From an uncultured bacterium (GTDB lineage: Bacteria > Gemmatimonadota > Gemmatimonadetes > Gemmatimonadales > GWC2-71-9), in contig CBFGRM010000005.1 in the NCBI GenBank assembly GCA_965651205.1, positions 6,677 to 70,676 of the forward strand: a DNA stretch of 64,000 bases, in the 5' to 3' direction. The translations under genes and the position numbers were made by a program. The notes under the pieces are model-generated. The model had not been told where the DNA came from, ran no database searches, and worked only from the letters and a program-made list of their open reading frames with translations. The first letter of the stretch is position 1, and each line of letters starts with the position of its first letter. Below, piece after piece: positions 1 to 10,646 of this stretch.

Positions 1-18
1 CAAGCCGCTGACGCGCTG

Positions 19-1023
19 ATGAAGGCTCCGCTGCCGCCGCTGTCGATTCTGGAGCTGGTCCGCGTCAGCGGGGAGGCCGACGCCAGGACCGCCCTCGACC
101 GGGCCCGCGACATCGCGTTGCACGCGGAGCGCTGGGGGTACCGGCGCATCTGGGTGGCGGAACATCACAATATGCCGGGCATCGCGAGTGCTGCGACCGC
201 CGTGGTGCTGGCCCACATCGGTGCCGGCACCAGCACGATCCGGATCGGTGCCGGCGGAATAATGCTGCCCAATCACGCGCCGTACATCATTGCAGAGCAA
301 TTCGGCACGCTTGAGCGTCTTTTCCCTGGTCGGGTCGACCTCGGCCTGGGCCGTGCCCCCGGCACCGATCCGCTCACGGTGCGCGCGCTGCGACGTGACC
401 CGGCAGCCGCCGACCGGTTCCCGCAGGACGTCGCCGAACTGCAGTCGTACCTGGCACCGGCCGCACCCGGCCAGCGGGTCCAGGCAGTTCCCGCTGCCGG
501 CACCAACGTGCCGATCTGGATTCTCGGCTCCAGCAGCTTCGGCGCTGCCCTCGCGGCCGCGATGGGCCTGCCCTATGCCTTCGCCTCACACTTTGCGCCT
601 GACCTGCTGATACCGGCACTGGAACTCTACCGGACTCGCTTCACGCCATCGCAGCAATTGGACAGGCCTTATGCAATGGTCGGTGTCAACGTGATTGCGG
701 CGCCCACCGACGCAGAGGCGCGACGGCTCGCCACCACGCAGCAGATGTCTTTCGTGTCGATCTTCCGGGGCCAGCCCGGCCTGTCGCAACCGCCGATCGA
801 CGACATCGATGAGTACTGGTCGCCGGTCGAGAGGGCCCAGGCCGGGCGAATGCTGAGCCGTTCGATCATCGGCTCGCCCGACACCGTGCGGCGGGGGATC
901 GAGGCGCTGGTCGCGGAGACAGACGCCGACGAGCTGATTCTGGTGTCGGACGTCTACGATCACGAGCTGCGGTTGCGATCGCTGGAGCTGATCGCACGAG
1001 CGGTCGGCCAGATCGGCGCCTGA
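19..1023 (+). CDS. LLM-class (luciferase-like) flavin-dependent oxidoreductase
   Basis: 334-aa ORF with luciferase-like monooxygenase sequence ([52 protein letters not shown]). The ATG at 19 overlaps a TGA in another frame (cgcTGATGaag), which suggests coupling to an upstream gene cut by the window edge. Confidence 0.85.
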   Translation: MKAPLPPLSILELVRVSGEADARTALDRARDIALHAERWGYRRIWVAEHHNMPGIASAATAVVLAHIGAGTSTIRIGAGGIMLPNHAPYIIAEQFGTLERLFPGRVDLGLGRAPGTDPLTVRALRRDPAAADRFPQDVAELQSYLAPAAPGQRVQAVPAAGTNVPIWILGSSSFGAALAAAMGLPYAFASHFAPDLLIPALELYRTRFTPSQQLDRPYAMVGVNVIAAPTDAEARRLATTQQMSFVSIFRGQPGLSQPPIDDIDEYWSPVERAQAGRMLSRSIIGSPDTVRRGIEALVAETDADELILVSDVYDHELRLRSLELIARAVGQIGA

Positions 1024-1043
1024 GCGCCAGACAGCACTGACGG

Positions 1044-4000
1044 CTACATACTGCGCCGGTACTGACCGCCCACCGCGAACAATGCCCGACTGATCTCGCC
1101 CAGCGTGCACACCTTGGCGGTCTCCATCAGCTCGGCGAACACGTTGTCGCCGTGGAGTGCAACCTGCTGCAGCCGCTCGAGTGCGGCAGGGCGTGCGTCG
1201 GCGTGAAGTGCCTGCACCTTGGCCACCTGTGCCACCTGACCCTCCTTCTCCTCCTCGCTCGACCGGAACACTTCGGCCGGCAGCACCGTGGGTGAGCCCT
1301 GCGAGGAAAGGAAGGTGTTGACGCCGATCACCGGCAGCTCACCAGAGTGCTTGAGTTGCTCGTAGTGGAGTGACTCCTCCTGGATCCTGCCGCGCTGGTA
1401 CATAGTCTCCATCGCGCCGAGCACCCCACCCCGCTCGCTGATCCGGTCGAACTCGAGCAGCACCGCCTCCTCGACCTTGTCGGTGAGCCATTCGATGAAG
1501 AACGAGCCCTGCAGCGGGTTCTGGTTGCGGGCCAGCCCGAACTCGTGGTTGATGATCAACTGGATCGCCATCGCCCGGCGCACGCTCTCCTCGGTGGGCG
1601 TGGTGATCGCCTCGTCGTAGGCGTTGGTGTGCAGCGAGTTGCAGTTGTCGAGTATGGCGTAGAGCGCCTGCAGGGTGGTCCGGATGTCGTTGAAGTCGAT
1701 CTCCTGCGCGTGCAGTGAGCGACCGCTGGTCTGGACGTGATACTTGAGCATCTGCGACCGCGCCGCGCCACCGTAGCGGAGCTTGATTGCCTTGGCCCAG
1801 ATCCGCCGGGCCACCCGCCCGATCACCGCGTACTCGGGATCGGTGCCGTTGGAGAAGAAGAACGAAAGGTTGGGCGCAAAGGCATCGATCGGCAGGCCGC
1901 GAGACAGGTAGTACTCGACGTAGGTGAGGCCGTTGGCCAGCGTGAAGGCCAGTTGGGTCACCGGCGTCGCTCCCGCTTCGGCGATGTGATAGCCGGAGAT
2001 GCTGACCGAATAGAAGTTGCGCACGTCGTTGTTGGTGAAGAACTCCTGCACGTCGCCCATCAGCTTGAGCGAGAACTCGGTGGAGAAGATGCAGGTGTTC
2101 TGGGCCTGGTCTTCCTTGAGGATGTCTGCCTGGACCGTGCCGCGCACCGCACTGAGCGTCCCGGCCCGGATCCGCTGGTACACGTCAGCCGGCAGCACCT
2201 TGTCCCCTGTGACGCCGAGCAGCATCAGGCCGAGGCCGTCGTTGCCGGGAGGCAACTGGCCCCGGTAGCGCGGCCGCTCGACGCCGCGTTCGGCAAAATA
2301 CGCATCCAGCTTGCGCTCCACCTCGTCGGTTAGCCCCTCGGCCCGGATGTATTTCTCGCACTGCTGATCGATCGCCGCGTTCATAAAGAAGGCGGTGATC
2401 ACCGGTGCCGGGCCGTTGATGGTCATCGACACCGAGGTCTTCGCATCGGCGAGGTCGAAGCCCGAATACAATTTCTTGGCATCGTCCAGGCAGCAGATCG
2501 ACACGCCGGCGTTGCCGATCTTGCCGTGGATGTCCGGCCTGATGGCGGGGTCGTTGCCGTACAGCGTGACCGAATCGAAGGCCGTCGACAGGCGGCGCGC
2601 CGGCATCCCGGCCGACAGGTAGTGGAAGCGCCGGTTGGTGCGTTCCGGCCCGCCCTCGCCGGCAAACATCCTGGCCGGGTCCTCGCCCTCGCGCTTGAGC
2701 GGGAACACGCCGGCGGTGTAGGGGAATTGGCCCGGGAAGTTCTCCTGCAACAGCCAGCGGAGCAGCGTGCCCCAGTTGTCGTCCCGCGGCACCACCACCT
2801 TGGGAATCTGCAGGTGCGACAGGCTCTCGGTGGTGGCTGGCGAGCGGATCTCGCGACCGCGAACCTGATAGGAGATCTCGTCGCCGGTGTACCGGTCGCG
2901 CGTCTCCTGCCATTGTTCCAGCGCGGTCCGGTTGTCACCGTCGAGCTGCCGTTCCAGCTCGGCGATCTTCCGGGGGATCTCCGTACCGTCGACCTGGTCA
3001 CCCAGCAGCAGCGCGGTTTCTCGCACCGCCTGCAACCGCGCCGCCACCCTGGCCTGCTCCTCCGCACTGTCGTTGTACCCGCGGATGGTAGCCGCGATCT
3101 CGGCGAGATACCGGCTCCGCTCCGGCGGGATGATCTGCATCCGCTCCGACTCGCCGGTCGCGTCGATACCGGGCGCGAGCGGCGCGCCGGACACCGCCAC
3201 GATCCGCTCCATCACCGCCCGGTACAGCCGGGTGGTGCCGGGATCGTTGAACTGCGATGCAATCGTGGCGAACACCGGCATCTGGTCGGGCGAGCGGTCG
3301 AAGGCGCGCTGGTTGCGCTGCACCTGCTTGCGAACGTCGCGAAGCGCATCGAGCGCGCCCCTCTTGTCGAACTTGTTGAGCGCCACCACGTCGGCATAGT
3401 CGAGCATATCGATCTTCTCGAGCTGGGTGGCCGCACCGTACTCCGGCGTCATCACGTAGAGTGACACGTCGGAGTGATCGACAACCTCGGTGCCGCTCTG
3501 ACCGATGCCGCTGGTCTCGAGAATTACCAGGTCGACTCCCGACAGCTTGAGGATTGCCACCGCATCCTGCAGATGCCCGGAGACCGCAATATTGGCCTGC
3601 CGGGTGGCGAGCGACCTCATAAACACCCGCGGAGTGGCGATCGCGTTCATCCGGATCCGGTCGCCTAGCAGCGCACCACCGGTGCGACGGTTGCTGGGAT
3701 CCACCGAGATGATCCCGAGGGTGCGATCTGGCTGGTCGACCAGGAAGCGACGCACCAGTTCGTCCACCAGTGACGACTTGCCGGCGCCGCCGGTCCCGGT
3801 GACCCCGAGCACGGGAGTGGTGATGGTGCCGGCCTCCTCCCGGATCCCGTCGAGCAGTCCGGCGTGCTGGTCGCGCCAATTCTCGGCGGCGGAGATGAGT
3901 CGACCGATGGCCCGCGGGTCGCGCTCGCGCGCAGCGGCGACATCCGCCTCCGAGACGTCGCGTCCGGTGGGAAAATCGGATCGCTCGAGCAGGTCGTTGA

Positions 4001-4448
4001 TCATCCCCTGCAGGCCCATCGCACGACCATCGTCGGGCGAATACACCCGCTCGATTCCGTAAGCGTGCAGCTCCTCGATCTCGGCGGGCAGGATCACGCC
4101 ACCACCGCCGGCAAAGATCCGGATGTGCCCCGAATTCTCCTCCATCAGTCGGTCGCGCATATACCGCAGGTACTCGACGTGGCCACCCTGGTACGACGTC
4201 ATCGCGATCGCGTTGACATCCTCCTGGATCGCACACGTCACCACTTCCTCGACCGAGCGGTCGTGGCCGAGGTGGATCACCTCGGCGCCACTGGCCTGCA
4301 GGATGCGGCGCATAATGTTGATGGCTGCATCGTGACCATCGAACAGCGAGGCGGCGGTCACCACCCGGATCTTGTGGCGGGCCCGATAGATGCCGGGACC
4401 GGCGTCGGCACCGGCAGCCCGGACCGGTGGGGCAGCGAGGTCAGTCAC
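1044..4448 (-). CDS. icmF: Fused isobutyryl-CoA mutase (B12-binding domain + MeaB-like GTPase + mutase barrel)
   Basis: 1134-aa ORF with a GTG start. Modules follow IcmF order: N-terminal B12-binding domain ([17 protein letters not shown]...LGHDRS), G-protein P-loop ([12 protein letters not shown]), and a large C-terminal acyl-CoA mutase substrate domain. Confidence 0.9.
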   Translation of the reverse strand: MTDLAAPPVRAAGADAGPGIYRARHKIRVVTAASLFDGHDAAINIMRRILQASGAEVIHLGHDRSVEEVVTCAIQEDVNAIAMTSYQGGHVEYLRYMRDRLMEENSGHIRIFAGGGGVILPAEIEELHAYGIERVYSPDDGRAMGLQGMINDLLERSDFPTGRDVSEADVAAARERDPRAIGRLISAAENWRDQHAGLLDGIREEAGTITTPVLGVTGTGGAGKSSLVDELVRRFLVDQPDRTLGIISVDPSNRRTGGALLGDRIRMNAIATPRVFMRSLATRQANIAVSGHLQDAVAILKLSGVDLVILETSGIGQSGTEVVDHSDVSLYVMTPEYGAATQLEKIDMLDYADVVALNKFDKRGALDALRDVRKQVQRNQRAFDRSPDQMPVFATIASQFNDPGTTRLYRAVMERIVAVSGAPLAPGIDATGESERMQIIPPERSRYLAEIAATIRGYNDSAEEQARVAARLQAVRETALLLGDQVDGTEIPRKIAELERQLDGDNRTALEQWQETRDRYTGDEISYQVRGREIRSPATTESLSHLQIPKVVVPRDDNWGTLLRWLLQENFPGQFPYTAGVFPLKREGEDPARMFAGEGGPERTNRRFHYLSAGMPARRLSTAFDSVTLYGNDPAIRPDIHGKIGNAGVSICCLDDAKKLYSGFDLADAKTSVSMTINGPAPVITAFFMNAAIDQQCEKYIRAEGLTDEVERKLDAYFAERGVERPRYRGQLPPGNDGLGLMLLGVTGDKVLPADVYQRIRAGTLSAVRGTVQADILKEDQAQNTCIFSTEFSLKLMGDVQEFFTNNDVRNFYSVSISGYHIAEAGATPVTQLAFTLANGLTYVEYYLSRGLPIDAFAPNLSFFFSNGTDPEYAVIGRVARRIWAKAIKLRYGGAARSQMLKYHVQTSGRSLHAQEIDFNDIRTTLQALYAILDNCNSLHTNAYDEAITTPTEESVRRAMAIQLIINHEFGLARNQNPLQGSFFIEWLTDKVEEAVLLEFDRISERGGVLGAMETMYQRGRIQEESLHYEQLKHSGELPVIGVNTFLSSQGSPTVLPAEVFRSSEEEKEGQVAQVAKVQALHADARPAALERLQQVALHGDNVFAELMETAKVCTLGEISRALFAVGGQYRRSM

Positions 4449-4628
4449 GGGCGGCCCCCGGCTGAGTGCGAGGACAATCGGGCACGGGTGCTGAGCAGGA
4501 AATTGCCATATCTCAATCTAGTGCGACGCCGGACCAGCGGTCCCGATTCCCAGTGCGCGACACCTGCCAGGAGTGGCCCCACCGGCACAGGTCACCTAGA
4601 ATGCGGCACACCTGAACCGGGACTGCCA

Positions 4629-5702
4629 ATGCGCTCACGCCTGCCGATTCTCCTCGTATTGGTCCTCCTCGTCGCCTGTGGCGGCGGCCAGTCCCTCGAG
4701 AACGGTGCCACCACAACGGAACCCGTGCTCGCCCTCGACCTGCCGCTGGGAGACGACGACTCGGTGCTGGTCGGCAGCCTGCAGGATGCGACACGATTCC
4801 CTGACGGCCGGCTCGCGCTGCTCGACAGCGACCAGAGAGCGGTGGTCATCGTGTCTGCCGAGGGAGCGGTGCTGAGCAGCCTGGGCAGGCAGGGCGAGGG
4901 TCCGGGGGAATTCACCTTCCCGGTGTACCTCGGCCGCTGCGCCGCCGATTCGCTGTTCGTGTGGGATATGGCGCAGTCACGTGTGTCGATTTTCAGTCCC
5001 GACGGCAACTTCGCACGCCAGATGACCGCACCGACACCCACCGCATTCCAGCCCGACTGTCTGCCGAGCGGAAACTTCGCGGTCCTCGACGCGACTGGAG
5101 CAATTGCGCCACCGACGGGAGGGGATCCCGACACGCAGGCGATGCGCGGATCACTGCTGATCGTGTCGCCCGATGGCGATTCGCTGGCAGCGGCCCCCGG
5201 ACAGCCACTGGGCCAGCCCAGTGCGATCGGCAGCCTCGCCGGTTTGGCGGTTGCGGGGGACCGGATCATCCTCGGGCTCAGCTCTTCGCCGATCATTCGG
5301 ACCTACGGACAGGATGGAGTCCTGCTCGCCGAGGACTCGGTGCCGTTGGCAGCAGTGCCGCTGGAGGAGTCACGCTACCTGGCGATCGTGGATCGCCTTG
5401 TTGCCCAGTTTGGTGATCCGGCAGTTCGCAGCCAGATGCGGGATATGATCATCGAGGAAGGCAGGCCTGAGTTTGCGCCGCACTTTACCACGATGCACGG
5501 TTCGCCGGATGGTACGCTGTGGTGGGTCACATCACTGCCGGTCGATTCGTCGACCACACTGATGGGATTCCGGGATGGCCGACCCGAACTGCGGCTGGAA
5601 TTCCCCGCCGGTATGGATGTGTACGAGGTCGGCAACGATTATCTGCTCGGCAAGCTCACTGACGAGATCGGGTTCGAACACCTGGTGCTGTATAGCTGGT
5701 AG
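4629..5702 (+). CDS. Secreted lipoprotein, NHL/6-bladed beta-propeller-like, function unknown
   Basis: The track frame 3864-5702 is open far upstream inside icmF antisense. The first sensible start is ATG 4629, which gives a lipobox signal (MRSRLPILLVLVLLVAC-GGG). The mature part has repeated D..Q.R..(I/V)(F/V)...G......G.GEF-type units. Confidence 0.7.
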   Translation: MRSRLPILLVLVLLVACGGGQSLENGATTTEPVLALDLPLGDDDSVLVGSLQDATRFPDGRLALLDSDQRAVVIVSAEGAVLSSLGRQGEGPGEFTFPVYLGRCAADSLFVWDMAQSRVSIFSPDGNFARQMTAPTPTAFQPDCLPSGNFAVLDATGAIAPPTGGDPDTQAMRGSLLIVSPDGDSLAAAPGQPLGQPSAIGSLAGLAVAGDRIILGLSSSPIIRTYGQDGVLLAEDSVPLAAVPLEESRYLAIVDRLVAQFGDPAVRSQMRDMIIEEGRPEFAPHFTTMHGSPDGTLWWVTSLPVDSSTTLMGFRDGRPELRLEFPAGMDVYEVGNDYLLGKLTDEIGFEHLVLYSW

Positions 5703-5788
5703 CCCGACGTTACCCAGGACGTGACCAGGAAGGGTTGGCGGCGGTCAATTCGTCACAACACCCGCCCACGCGCCACCAGAGGTGGATT

Positions 5789-6931
5789 ATGCTCGCACCA
5801 TCGCGCGGCATCCGGATGCTGATCAGGCTCGCACTGCTGGCCTGCCTCGGCACCGGCCTGGCCGCCGGTTGCTCCGACAGTGGCGACCCGGTGACTCCGC
5901 CGCCTGCGCCCCCGCCGCCTCCGCCGCCGCCACCTCCTCCACCACCGCCGCCACCGCCGCCGCCGCCCCCCGCCCTGCCGGACACCGTCGAGCGCCTGGG
6001 AAGCTGGCAGGTCGTGTTCGACCATCAGATCACCACCAAGCCGGAGGGGATCGCCTTCCCCGACGTGGAGCACGGTTGGTTCGTCACCGCCCTGGGCGAA
6101 ATATTCGCCTCGGCTGACGGCGGCGTGACCTGGCAGCCACAGGCCACCAATCTCGGCAACCTGCGCTCGCTGGATTTCGTCTCCGCCAAGCTCGGCTTCG
6201 CCGGCACCTTGAGCGGCGTGATGTATCGCACCGACGACGGCGGGACCACCTGGAGCAACATCACCGATGGTTTCAATCCGTCGCCGGTCGGCTTCTGCGG
6301 CATTGCCCACGTCGGCAACACCGTGCACGTCGTCGGCAGATATTCCAACGCCGCCGACTACTACCGCTCCACCGATGGCGGCCTGACCTGGACCTTCAAG
6401 AGCTTCGGCGCAACTGCGCAGGGGTTGGTCGACGTGGTGTTCCTCAACGACGACGTCGGGTTCATCGGCGGCAGGGCCAACCAGCAGACCTCGCCAAGCC
6501 AGTCGGCAATCATCTACAAGACCACCGACGGTGGCGACACCTGGCGACAGGTGTTCGTCGGCGAATACGGCACCGGCTGGGGATGGAAGATCTTCCCGGT
6601 GACAGACCAGGTGCTCTACGCGGCCCTCGCCTCCACCGACGGCACCTACCGGGTCGGCAAGTCGGTCGACAGCGGCGAGAGCTGGGAAGTGCAGATCGTG
6701 GTGAGCGGCCAGACTCCCGACCCGAGAAGTGGTGTGCAGGGTATCGGCTTCCTCGACGAGGAAGTCGGCTGGGTGGGCGGCTTCTTCGACGGGATGTATG
6801 CCACCACCAACGGCGGCGCCACCTGGCACTTCGTCCCAGCTCCCGGCAGGCTGGTGAATCGGTACCGCAAGGTGGGAACCACGATGTTCACCGCCAGCAC
6901 ATCGGGCGTGCTGCGCTACGTGCCCAAATAG
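5789..6931 (+). CDS. BNR/Asp-box repeat beta-propeller lipoprotein (Ycf48/sialidase-like) with poly-proline linker
   Basis: Start taken at ATG 5789 (lipobox LGTGLAAGC-SDSG). Six Asp-box motifs are present: SADGGVTW, TDDGGTTW, STDGGLTW, TTDGGDTW, SVDSGESW, TTNGGATW. The start could also be ATG 5816. Confidence 0.8.
   Translation: MLAPSRGIRMLIRLALLACLGTGLAAGCSDSGDPVTPPPAPPPPPPPPPPPPPPPPPPPPPALPDTVERLGSWQVVFDHQITTKPEGIAFPDVEHGWFVTALGEIFASADGGVTWQPQATNLGNLRSLDFVSAKLGFAGTLSGVMYRTDDGGTTWSNITDGFNPSPVGFCGIAHVGNTVHVVGRYSNAADYYRSTDGGLTWTFKSFGATAQGLVDVVFLNDDVGFIGGRANQQTSPSQSAIIYKTTDGGDTWRQVFVGEYGTGWGWKIFPVTDQVLYAALASTDGTYRVGKSVDSGESWEVQIVVSGQTPDPRSGVQGIGFLDEEVGWVGGFFDGMYATTNGGATWHFVPAPGRLVNRYRKVGTTMFTASTSGVLRYVPK
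5897..5971 (+). repeat. (CCN)n tract encoding PPPA + 21 consecutive prolines
   Basis: Counted codon by codon in frame with 5789-6931. There are 3 Pro codons at 5897-5905, GCG at 5906-5908, then 21 uninterrupted Pro codons at 5909-5971 (mixed ccg/cct/cca/ccc). Confidence 0.95.
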
Positions 6932-6981
6932 CAGGACGTCACCGGTGGTTGGTCTCCTCGACCGCCAAGATATCTTTGGGG

Positions 6982-7545
6982 ATGCCACCGGAACTGTCGG
7001 CAGTGCCACCTGATTGGGGCGAGATGCTCGGCCCCGCAGCATTGATCGCCCTGATCTTCTGCGTGGCGTTCGTGCTCCACCTCATAGTGCAGCGGATGAT
7101 CGCCCGGTTGGCGATGCCGAACCGCCTCCCCGAGGAAGTGGTCGTCGGGATGCGACGCCTGACCGGCTTCATCCTCTACACCACTGCGCTGCTGGTGGCC
7201 CTGGAAGTGCTGGGCGTCCCCGGATCGGCGCTCTGGGCGGCGTTCACCGGCTTCGCAGCGGTGGCCGCGGTCGCCTTCTTCGCGGCGTGGAGCGTCCTCT
7301 CCAACATCTTCTGCACGATGCTGATTCTCACCACCCGGCCCTTCAGGCGTCGCGACAGGATCGAGATCCTCGAATCTGCCGACAAGCCGGGCTTCGGCGG
7401 CAGAGTGCGCGAGATCAGGCTGATCTACACCACGATCGACGAGATCGACGCCGATGGCAAGCCGGTCGGCACGGTACTGAGGGTGCCCAACAATATGTTC
7501 TTCCAGCGGACCCTCAGGCGCTGGCCCGAGAACGGTCCGCCGTGA
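6982..7545 (+). CDS. Small-conductance mechanosensitive channel (MscS) family protein, short form
   Basis: ATG 6982 lies inside the longer track ORF. Three hydrophobic helices are followed by an MscS-like pore helix and beta domain (AAWSVLSNIFCTMLILTTRPFRRRDRIEI...GRVREIRLIYTTIDE...LRVPNNMF). Confidence 0.7.
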   Translation: MPPELSAVPPDWGEMLGPAALIALIFCVAFVLHLIVQRMIARLAMPNRLPEEVVVGMRRLTGFILYTTALLVALEVLGVPGSALWAAFTGFAAVAAVAFFAAWSVLSNIFCTMLILTTRPFRRRDRIEILESADKPGFGGRVREIRLIYTTIDEIDADGKPVGTVLRVPNNMFFQRTLRRWPENGPP

Positions 7546-7616
7546 AACTCGGTGCCTGGCCGGACGTCCACTACTCCGGACGCACCATTCATCCAGACGG
7601 ACAGGGGAAGGATTCG

Positions 7617-7997
7617 ATGATGCAGCAAACTTTGAAGCTGGGGCTGACCGCGGCAGTGCTGCTGGGCTCGTGGGCAATGGCCACCCCGGCAACCGGTGCG
7701 ATGCACCTCCGGCTCACCAAGTCGCTCCCGGCCAAGGACAGCAGCTACACCGCTGCACCGGTCGAGATCAGGCTGTGGTACTCGCAAGAACCGCTGATCA
7801 GGCTGTCGAGCGTCTCGCTCACTGGCCCGCACGGCGCCGTGCAGGTCGAGCGGGTGAGGCAGGACAGCACCGACAAGAAGCTCCTGGTCGCGAGAATCAC
7901 TGGCACGATGCACGAGGGTGATTACACCATCGCCTGGCGGACCGCCTCCAGCGACGGTCACCCGATCCGGGGCGAGATCCCCTTCAGCATCAAGTGA
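7617..7997 (+). CDS. copC: Copper resistance protein CopC (periplasmic copper-binding)
   Basis: ATG 7617 after ggggaagga. A signal peptide is followed by HLRLTKSLPA...VEIRLWYSQEP...GDYTIAWRTASSDGHPIRGEIPFSI, which matches the CopC fold signature (H at the mature N-terminus; Y.V.W...S.DGH..G...F). Confidence 0.8.
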   Translation: MMQQTLKLGLTAAVLLGSWAMATPATGAMHLRLTKSLPAKDSSYTAAPVEIRLWYSQEPLIRLSSVSLTGPHGAVQVERVRQDSTDKKLLVARITGTMHEGDYTIAWRTASSDGHPIRGEIPFSIK

Positions 7998-8010
7998 TCC
8001 CGGTCGGCAG

Positions 8011-8223
8011 TTAGTTCTTCCGCGCTCCGGCTGCTATCAGCCCGGCGCCCAGAATCATCGCCCCGATCCCGGCCCAGAGCGGGATCGGACGCTCGCGATC
8101 CGCCGTTATGGCGAGGTCTCCCACCTCCACCACCTTCTCCCGAGTGGTGAACGAACCGCCGTTGATGGTCACCCAGCCGCCAGCCAGGAGCAGCAGAACA
8201 CCGAGTATCGCCAGGAGCTTCAT
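8011..8223 (-). CDS. Small two-helix membrane protein, unknown function
   Basis: The 70-aa version starts at ATG 8223 (MKLLAILGVLLLLAGGW...AGIGAMILGAGLIAAG). The upstream part of the 148-aa track ORF is Arg-rich junk. Confidence 0.5.
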   Translation of the reverse strand: MKLLAILGVLLLLAGGWVTINGGSFTTREKVVEVGDLAITADRERPIPLWAGIGAMILGAGLIAAGARKN

Positions 8224-8326
8224 CGTGTGCCTCGTGCGAGTGGATGGGAAAGCGGTTGACGTCCGGGCGGGCTCCGGGACGCACACGCCGGACCTCGCAT
8301 TAGCCGCGGTCGTGCGCTTTCTTTGA

Positions 8327-10513
8327 GTGATGCACGTGACACAGATTGCCCGCGAAAAGCTGCCGGCATTGCCGGCCCGGCTCGAAGGACTGGCTGCCCT
8401 CGCCCTCAACATCGCCTGGAGCTGGCACCGGCAAGCCCGCGCCCTGTTCCGCCGCATCGACCCGGTTGCGTGGCATCAGCTACAGCACAATCCGGTGGCG
8501 CTGTTGCGTCAGGTTCCGCCCGAGCGCCTCGAGGCCTTGCTCCGCGACAGCGATTTCCTGGCCCACTATGACCAGGTGATGGAGTGGCTCGCCATCGAGC
8601 AGACCAGCACCGCCGGTTGGTTCCGCGAGGCCTATCCCGACATCAGCGTCGAGCGTCCGGTCGCCTACTTCTGTGCCGAGTTCGGCCTGCACAACTCGGT
8701 GCCGATCTATTCCGGTGGCCTCGGCGTGCTCGCCGGCGACCACATCAAGACCGCCAGCGACATCGCGGTGCCGTTTGTCGGCGTGGGGCTTTTCTACAAG
8801 CAGGGCTACTTCGACCAGCGGGTCCGACCGGATGGCTGGCAGGAAGACGGCGACGACCAGATCGATCCCGATCTCACACCGCTGGTTCCGGTGGCATCAC
8901 CCGGTGGCGAGGAGTGGCACACCGCGCTCCGGATCGACGGCCGCCCGATCCGCGTGCGTGCCTGGACGATGCCGGTGGGTCGCGCACCGATCTACCTGCT
9001 CGACACCGATGTGGAAGAGAACCATCCCGAAGATCGCACCCTCACCTCGCGCCTCTACGCCGGTGGACTGCCGATGCGACTGCGGCAGGAATGGGTGCTC
9101 GGTGTCGGTGGCGTGCGGATCCTCCGCGCCCTTGGCATCGATCCCGGGGCCTGGCACGCGAACGAGGGGCACGCCGCGTTCCTGATGCTGGAGCGGATTC
9201 GCGAACTTGCCGGCAGCGGAACCCGGTTCGACGAAGCAATCACGCGGGTGCGTCGCAGCACCATCTTTACCACCCACACACCGGTTCCCGCGGGACACGA
9301 TCACTTCGACGTCGCGCGAGTGGCAGATTGCGCCGGCCCCGAGTACCTGGCCGACTTCGGTGTCGAGCCGGAGCGGGTGCTCGGTCTCGGCGTCCACCCG
9401 GCCCGCGACAGGAACCAGTTCCATATGACGGTGCTGGCAATCCGACTAGCGGGACACGTCAACGGTGTCGCCGAGCGGCACGGCATCGTCTCGCGCGAGC
9501 TGTGGGGAGATCTCTGGGGTGAACGCCCCAGGGAACGGGTGCCGATCGGTGCGGTCACCAACGGCGTTCACCTCGCCACGTGGATGGCCAACCCGGTGAT
9601 GCGCCTGCTCGACCAGCACCTCGGCGCCGACTGGGGTGATCGCCGCGATGACGCCGAGACCTGGGATGCCGTGCTCGGCCTGGAGTCACGGGCGCTCTGG
9701 CAGGTGCATCTCGAGCTCAAGGCGATCCTGTTCCAGCGGATTCGCCAGGAGGCGCGACGGCGCTGGAAATCGACCTGGACCGAGGCAGCGCAGGCGGTTG
9801 CCGCCGGCACGCTGCTCGACCCCGACGCGCTCACCATCGGGTTCGCGCGTCGGTTCGCCACCTACAAGCGCGCCAACCTGCTGTTCCGCGACGTGGAACG
9901 ATTCCGCAAGCTGGTCACCAATTCGCACCGCCCGGTCCAACTGGTCGTGGCCGGCAAGGCACACCCGCAGGACAACCCCGGCAAGGAAGTGCTGCGCGAG
10001 GTATACGACTTCACCCGCGACCCGATGTTCGAGGGAAGGGTGGCGTTCCTCGAGGACTACGAGATGCACCTGGCACACGTGCTGGTGCAGGGTGTCGACC
10101 TGTGGCTCAACCTGCCGAGGGTGCCGCTGGAGGCGAGCGGCACCTCCGGAATGAAGGCGGCGCTCAACGGGGTGCCGCACCTGTCGACGCTGGATGGCTG
10201 GTGGGAAGAGGGTGCCACCGGCAGGAATGGCTGGTCGATTCCCCGGGTTGATTCCGGGACAGAAGCCGAAGTTGCGGATGCAGCCGATGCGGAACACCTG
10301 TATCGACTGCTCGAGGACGAAGTAGTGCCCACGTGGTACGATGTCGACGACAACGGGGTGCCCCAGAAGTGGGTACAGCGGATGAAGGAGTCGATCCGCG
10401 TTGCCGGACGCAAGTTCACTTCCCGGCGGATGGTGCAGGACTACGTCGAGCGCTACTACGCACCGATCCTGCGCGGCGAGCCGTTCGAGGACGATCCGCC
10501 GTTGGGAAGCTAG
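8327..10513 (+). CDS. glgP: Alpha-glucan (glycogen/maltodextrin) phosphorylase, GT35
   Basis: 728 aa. It has the typical alpha-glucan phosphorylase N-terminus (LAALALNIAWSWH, PVAYFCAEFGLH, IYSGGLGVLAGDH) and the PLP-lysine region (EASGTSGMKAALNG). Confidence 0.9.
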   Translation: MMHVTQIAREKLPALPARLEGLAALALNIAWSWHRQARALFRRIDPVAWHQLQHNPVALLRQVPPERLEALLRDSDFLAHYDQVMEWLAIEQTSTAGWFREAYPDISVERPVAYFCAEFGLHNSVPIYSGGLGVLAGDHIKTASDIAVPFVGVGLFYKQGYFDQRVRPDGWQEDGDDQIDPDLTPLVPVASPGGEEWHTALRIDGRPIRVRAWTMPVGRAPIYLLDTDVEENHPEDRTLTSRLYAGGLPMRLRQEWVLGVGGVRILRALGIDPGAWHANEGHAAFLMLERIRELAGSGTRFDEAITRVRRSTIFTTHTPVPAGHDHFDVARVADCAGPEYLADFGVEPERVLGLGVHPARDRNQFHMTVLAIRLAGHVNGVAERHGIVSRELWGDLWGERPRERVPIGAVTNGVHLATWMANPVMRLLDQHLGADWGDRRDDAETWDAVLGLESRALWQVHLELKAILFQRIRQEARRRWKSTWTEAAQAVAAGTLLDPDALTIGFARRFATYKRANLLFRDVERFRKLVTNSHRPVQLVVAGKAHPQDNPGKEVLREVYDFTRDPMFEGRVAFLEDYEMHLAHVLVQGVDLWLNLPRVPLEASGTSGMKAALNGVPHLSTLDGWWEEGATGRNGWSIPRVDSGTEAEVADAADAEHLYRLLEDEVVPTWYDVDDNGVPQKWVQRMKESIRVAGRKFTSRRMVQDYVERYYAPILRGEPFEDDPPLGS

Positions 10514-10646
10514 CCGTGAGCCGGGCCGCCGGGTGCCGCCCGGCCGCGCCATCAGCACCTTTCGCGGCTCCCTTGCGCCCGGCCCGGTTCCGGCTTCCTT
10601 TGGGGCAGGTTCTCGCTGCCAGCACCCGTTCCGCAAGGTCGCACCA

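Noticed and set aside
3864-4628. N-terminal extensions of track ORFs, for example 3864-4628, 6583-6981, 7014-7616, 10401-10646, 11990-12145, 42342-42587, 44246-44350 and 57877-58191
   Set aside because: The extensions overlap neighbouring genes and translate to junk. Internal ATG/GTG starts give signal peptides, canonical N-termini or 4-nt stop/start overlaps.
4449-4628. Possible cobalamin riboswitch in the spacer upstream of the B12-dependent icmF
   Set aside because: I could not recognise the B12-box or the conserved cobalamin-riboswitch core, and B12-dependent enzymes are not the usual targets. This needs an Rfam/Infernal scan to be certain.
5710-5985. 91-aa minus-strand ORF with a poly-glycine run (GGGGGGG...)
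   Set aside because: It is the antisense reading of the (CCN)n poly-proline tract inside the well-supported BNR lipoprotein gene. It has no start context or other protein-like features.
5753-7042. 429-aa antisense ORF across the BNR gene. Similar long shadow ORFs occur at 2998-4236, 14932-16065, 15486-16880, 25852-26985, 27576-29201 and 55714-56931.
   Set aside because: All of these overlap genes with strong family signatures, are Arg/Gly/Ala/Pro-rich, and lack recognisable motifs. They are GC-driven open frames.
10514-10646. GC-rich hairpin (gccgggc...gcccggc) in the glgP-glgA spacer as an attenuator or terminator
   Set aside because: The stem is short, there is no U-tract, and the sequence is typical GC-rich spacer. 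The evidence is insufficient.
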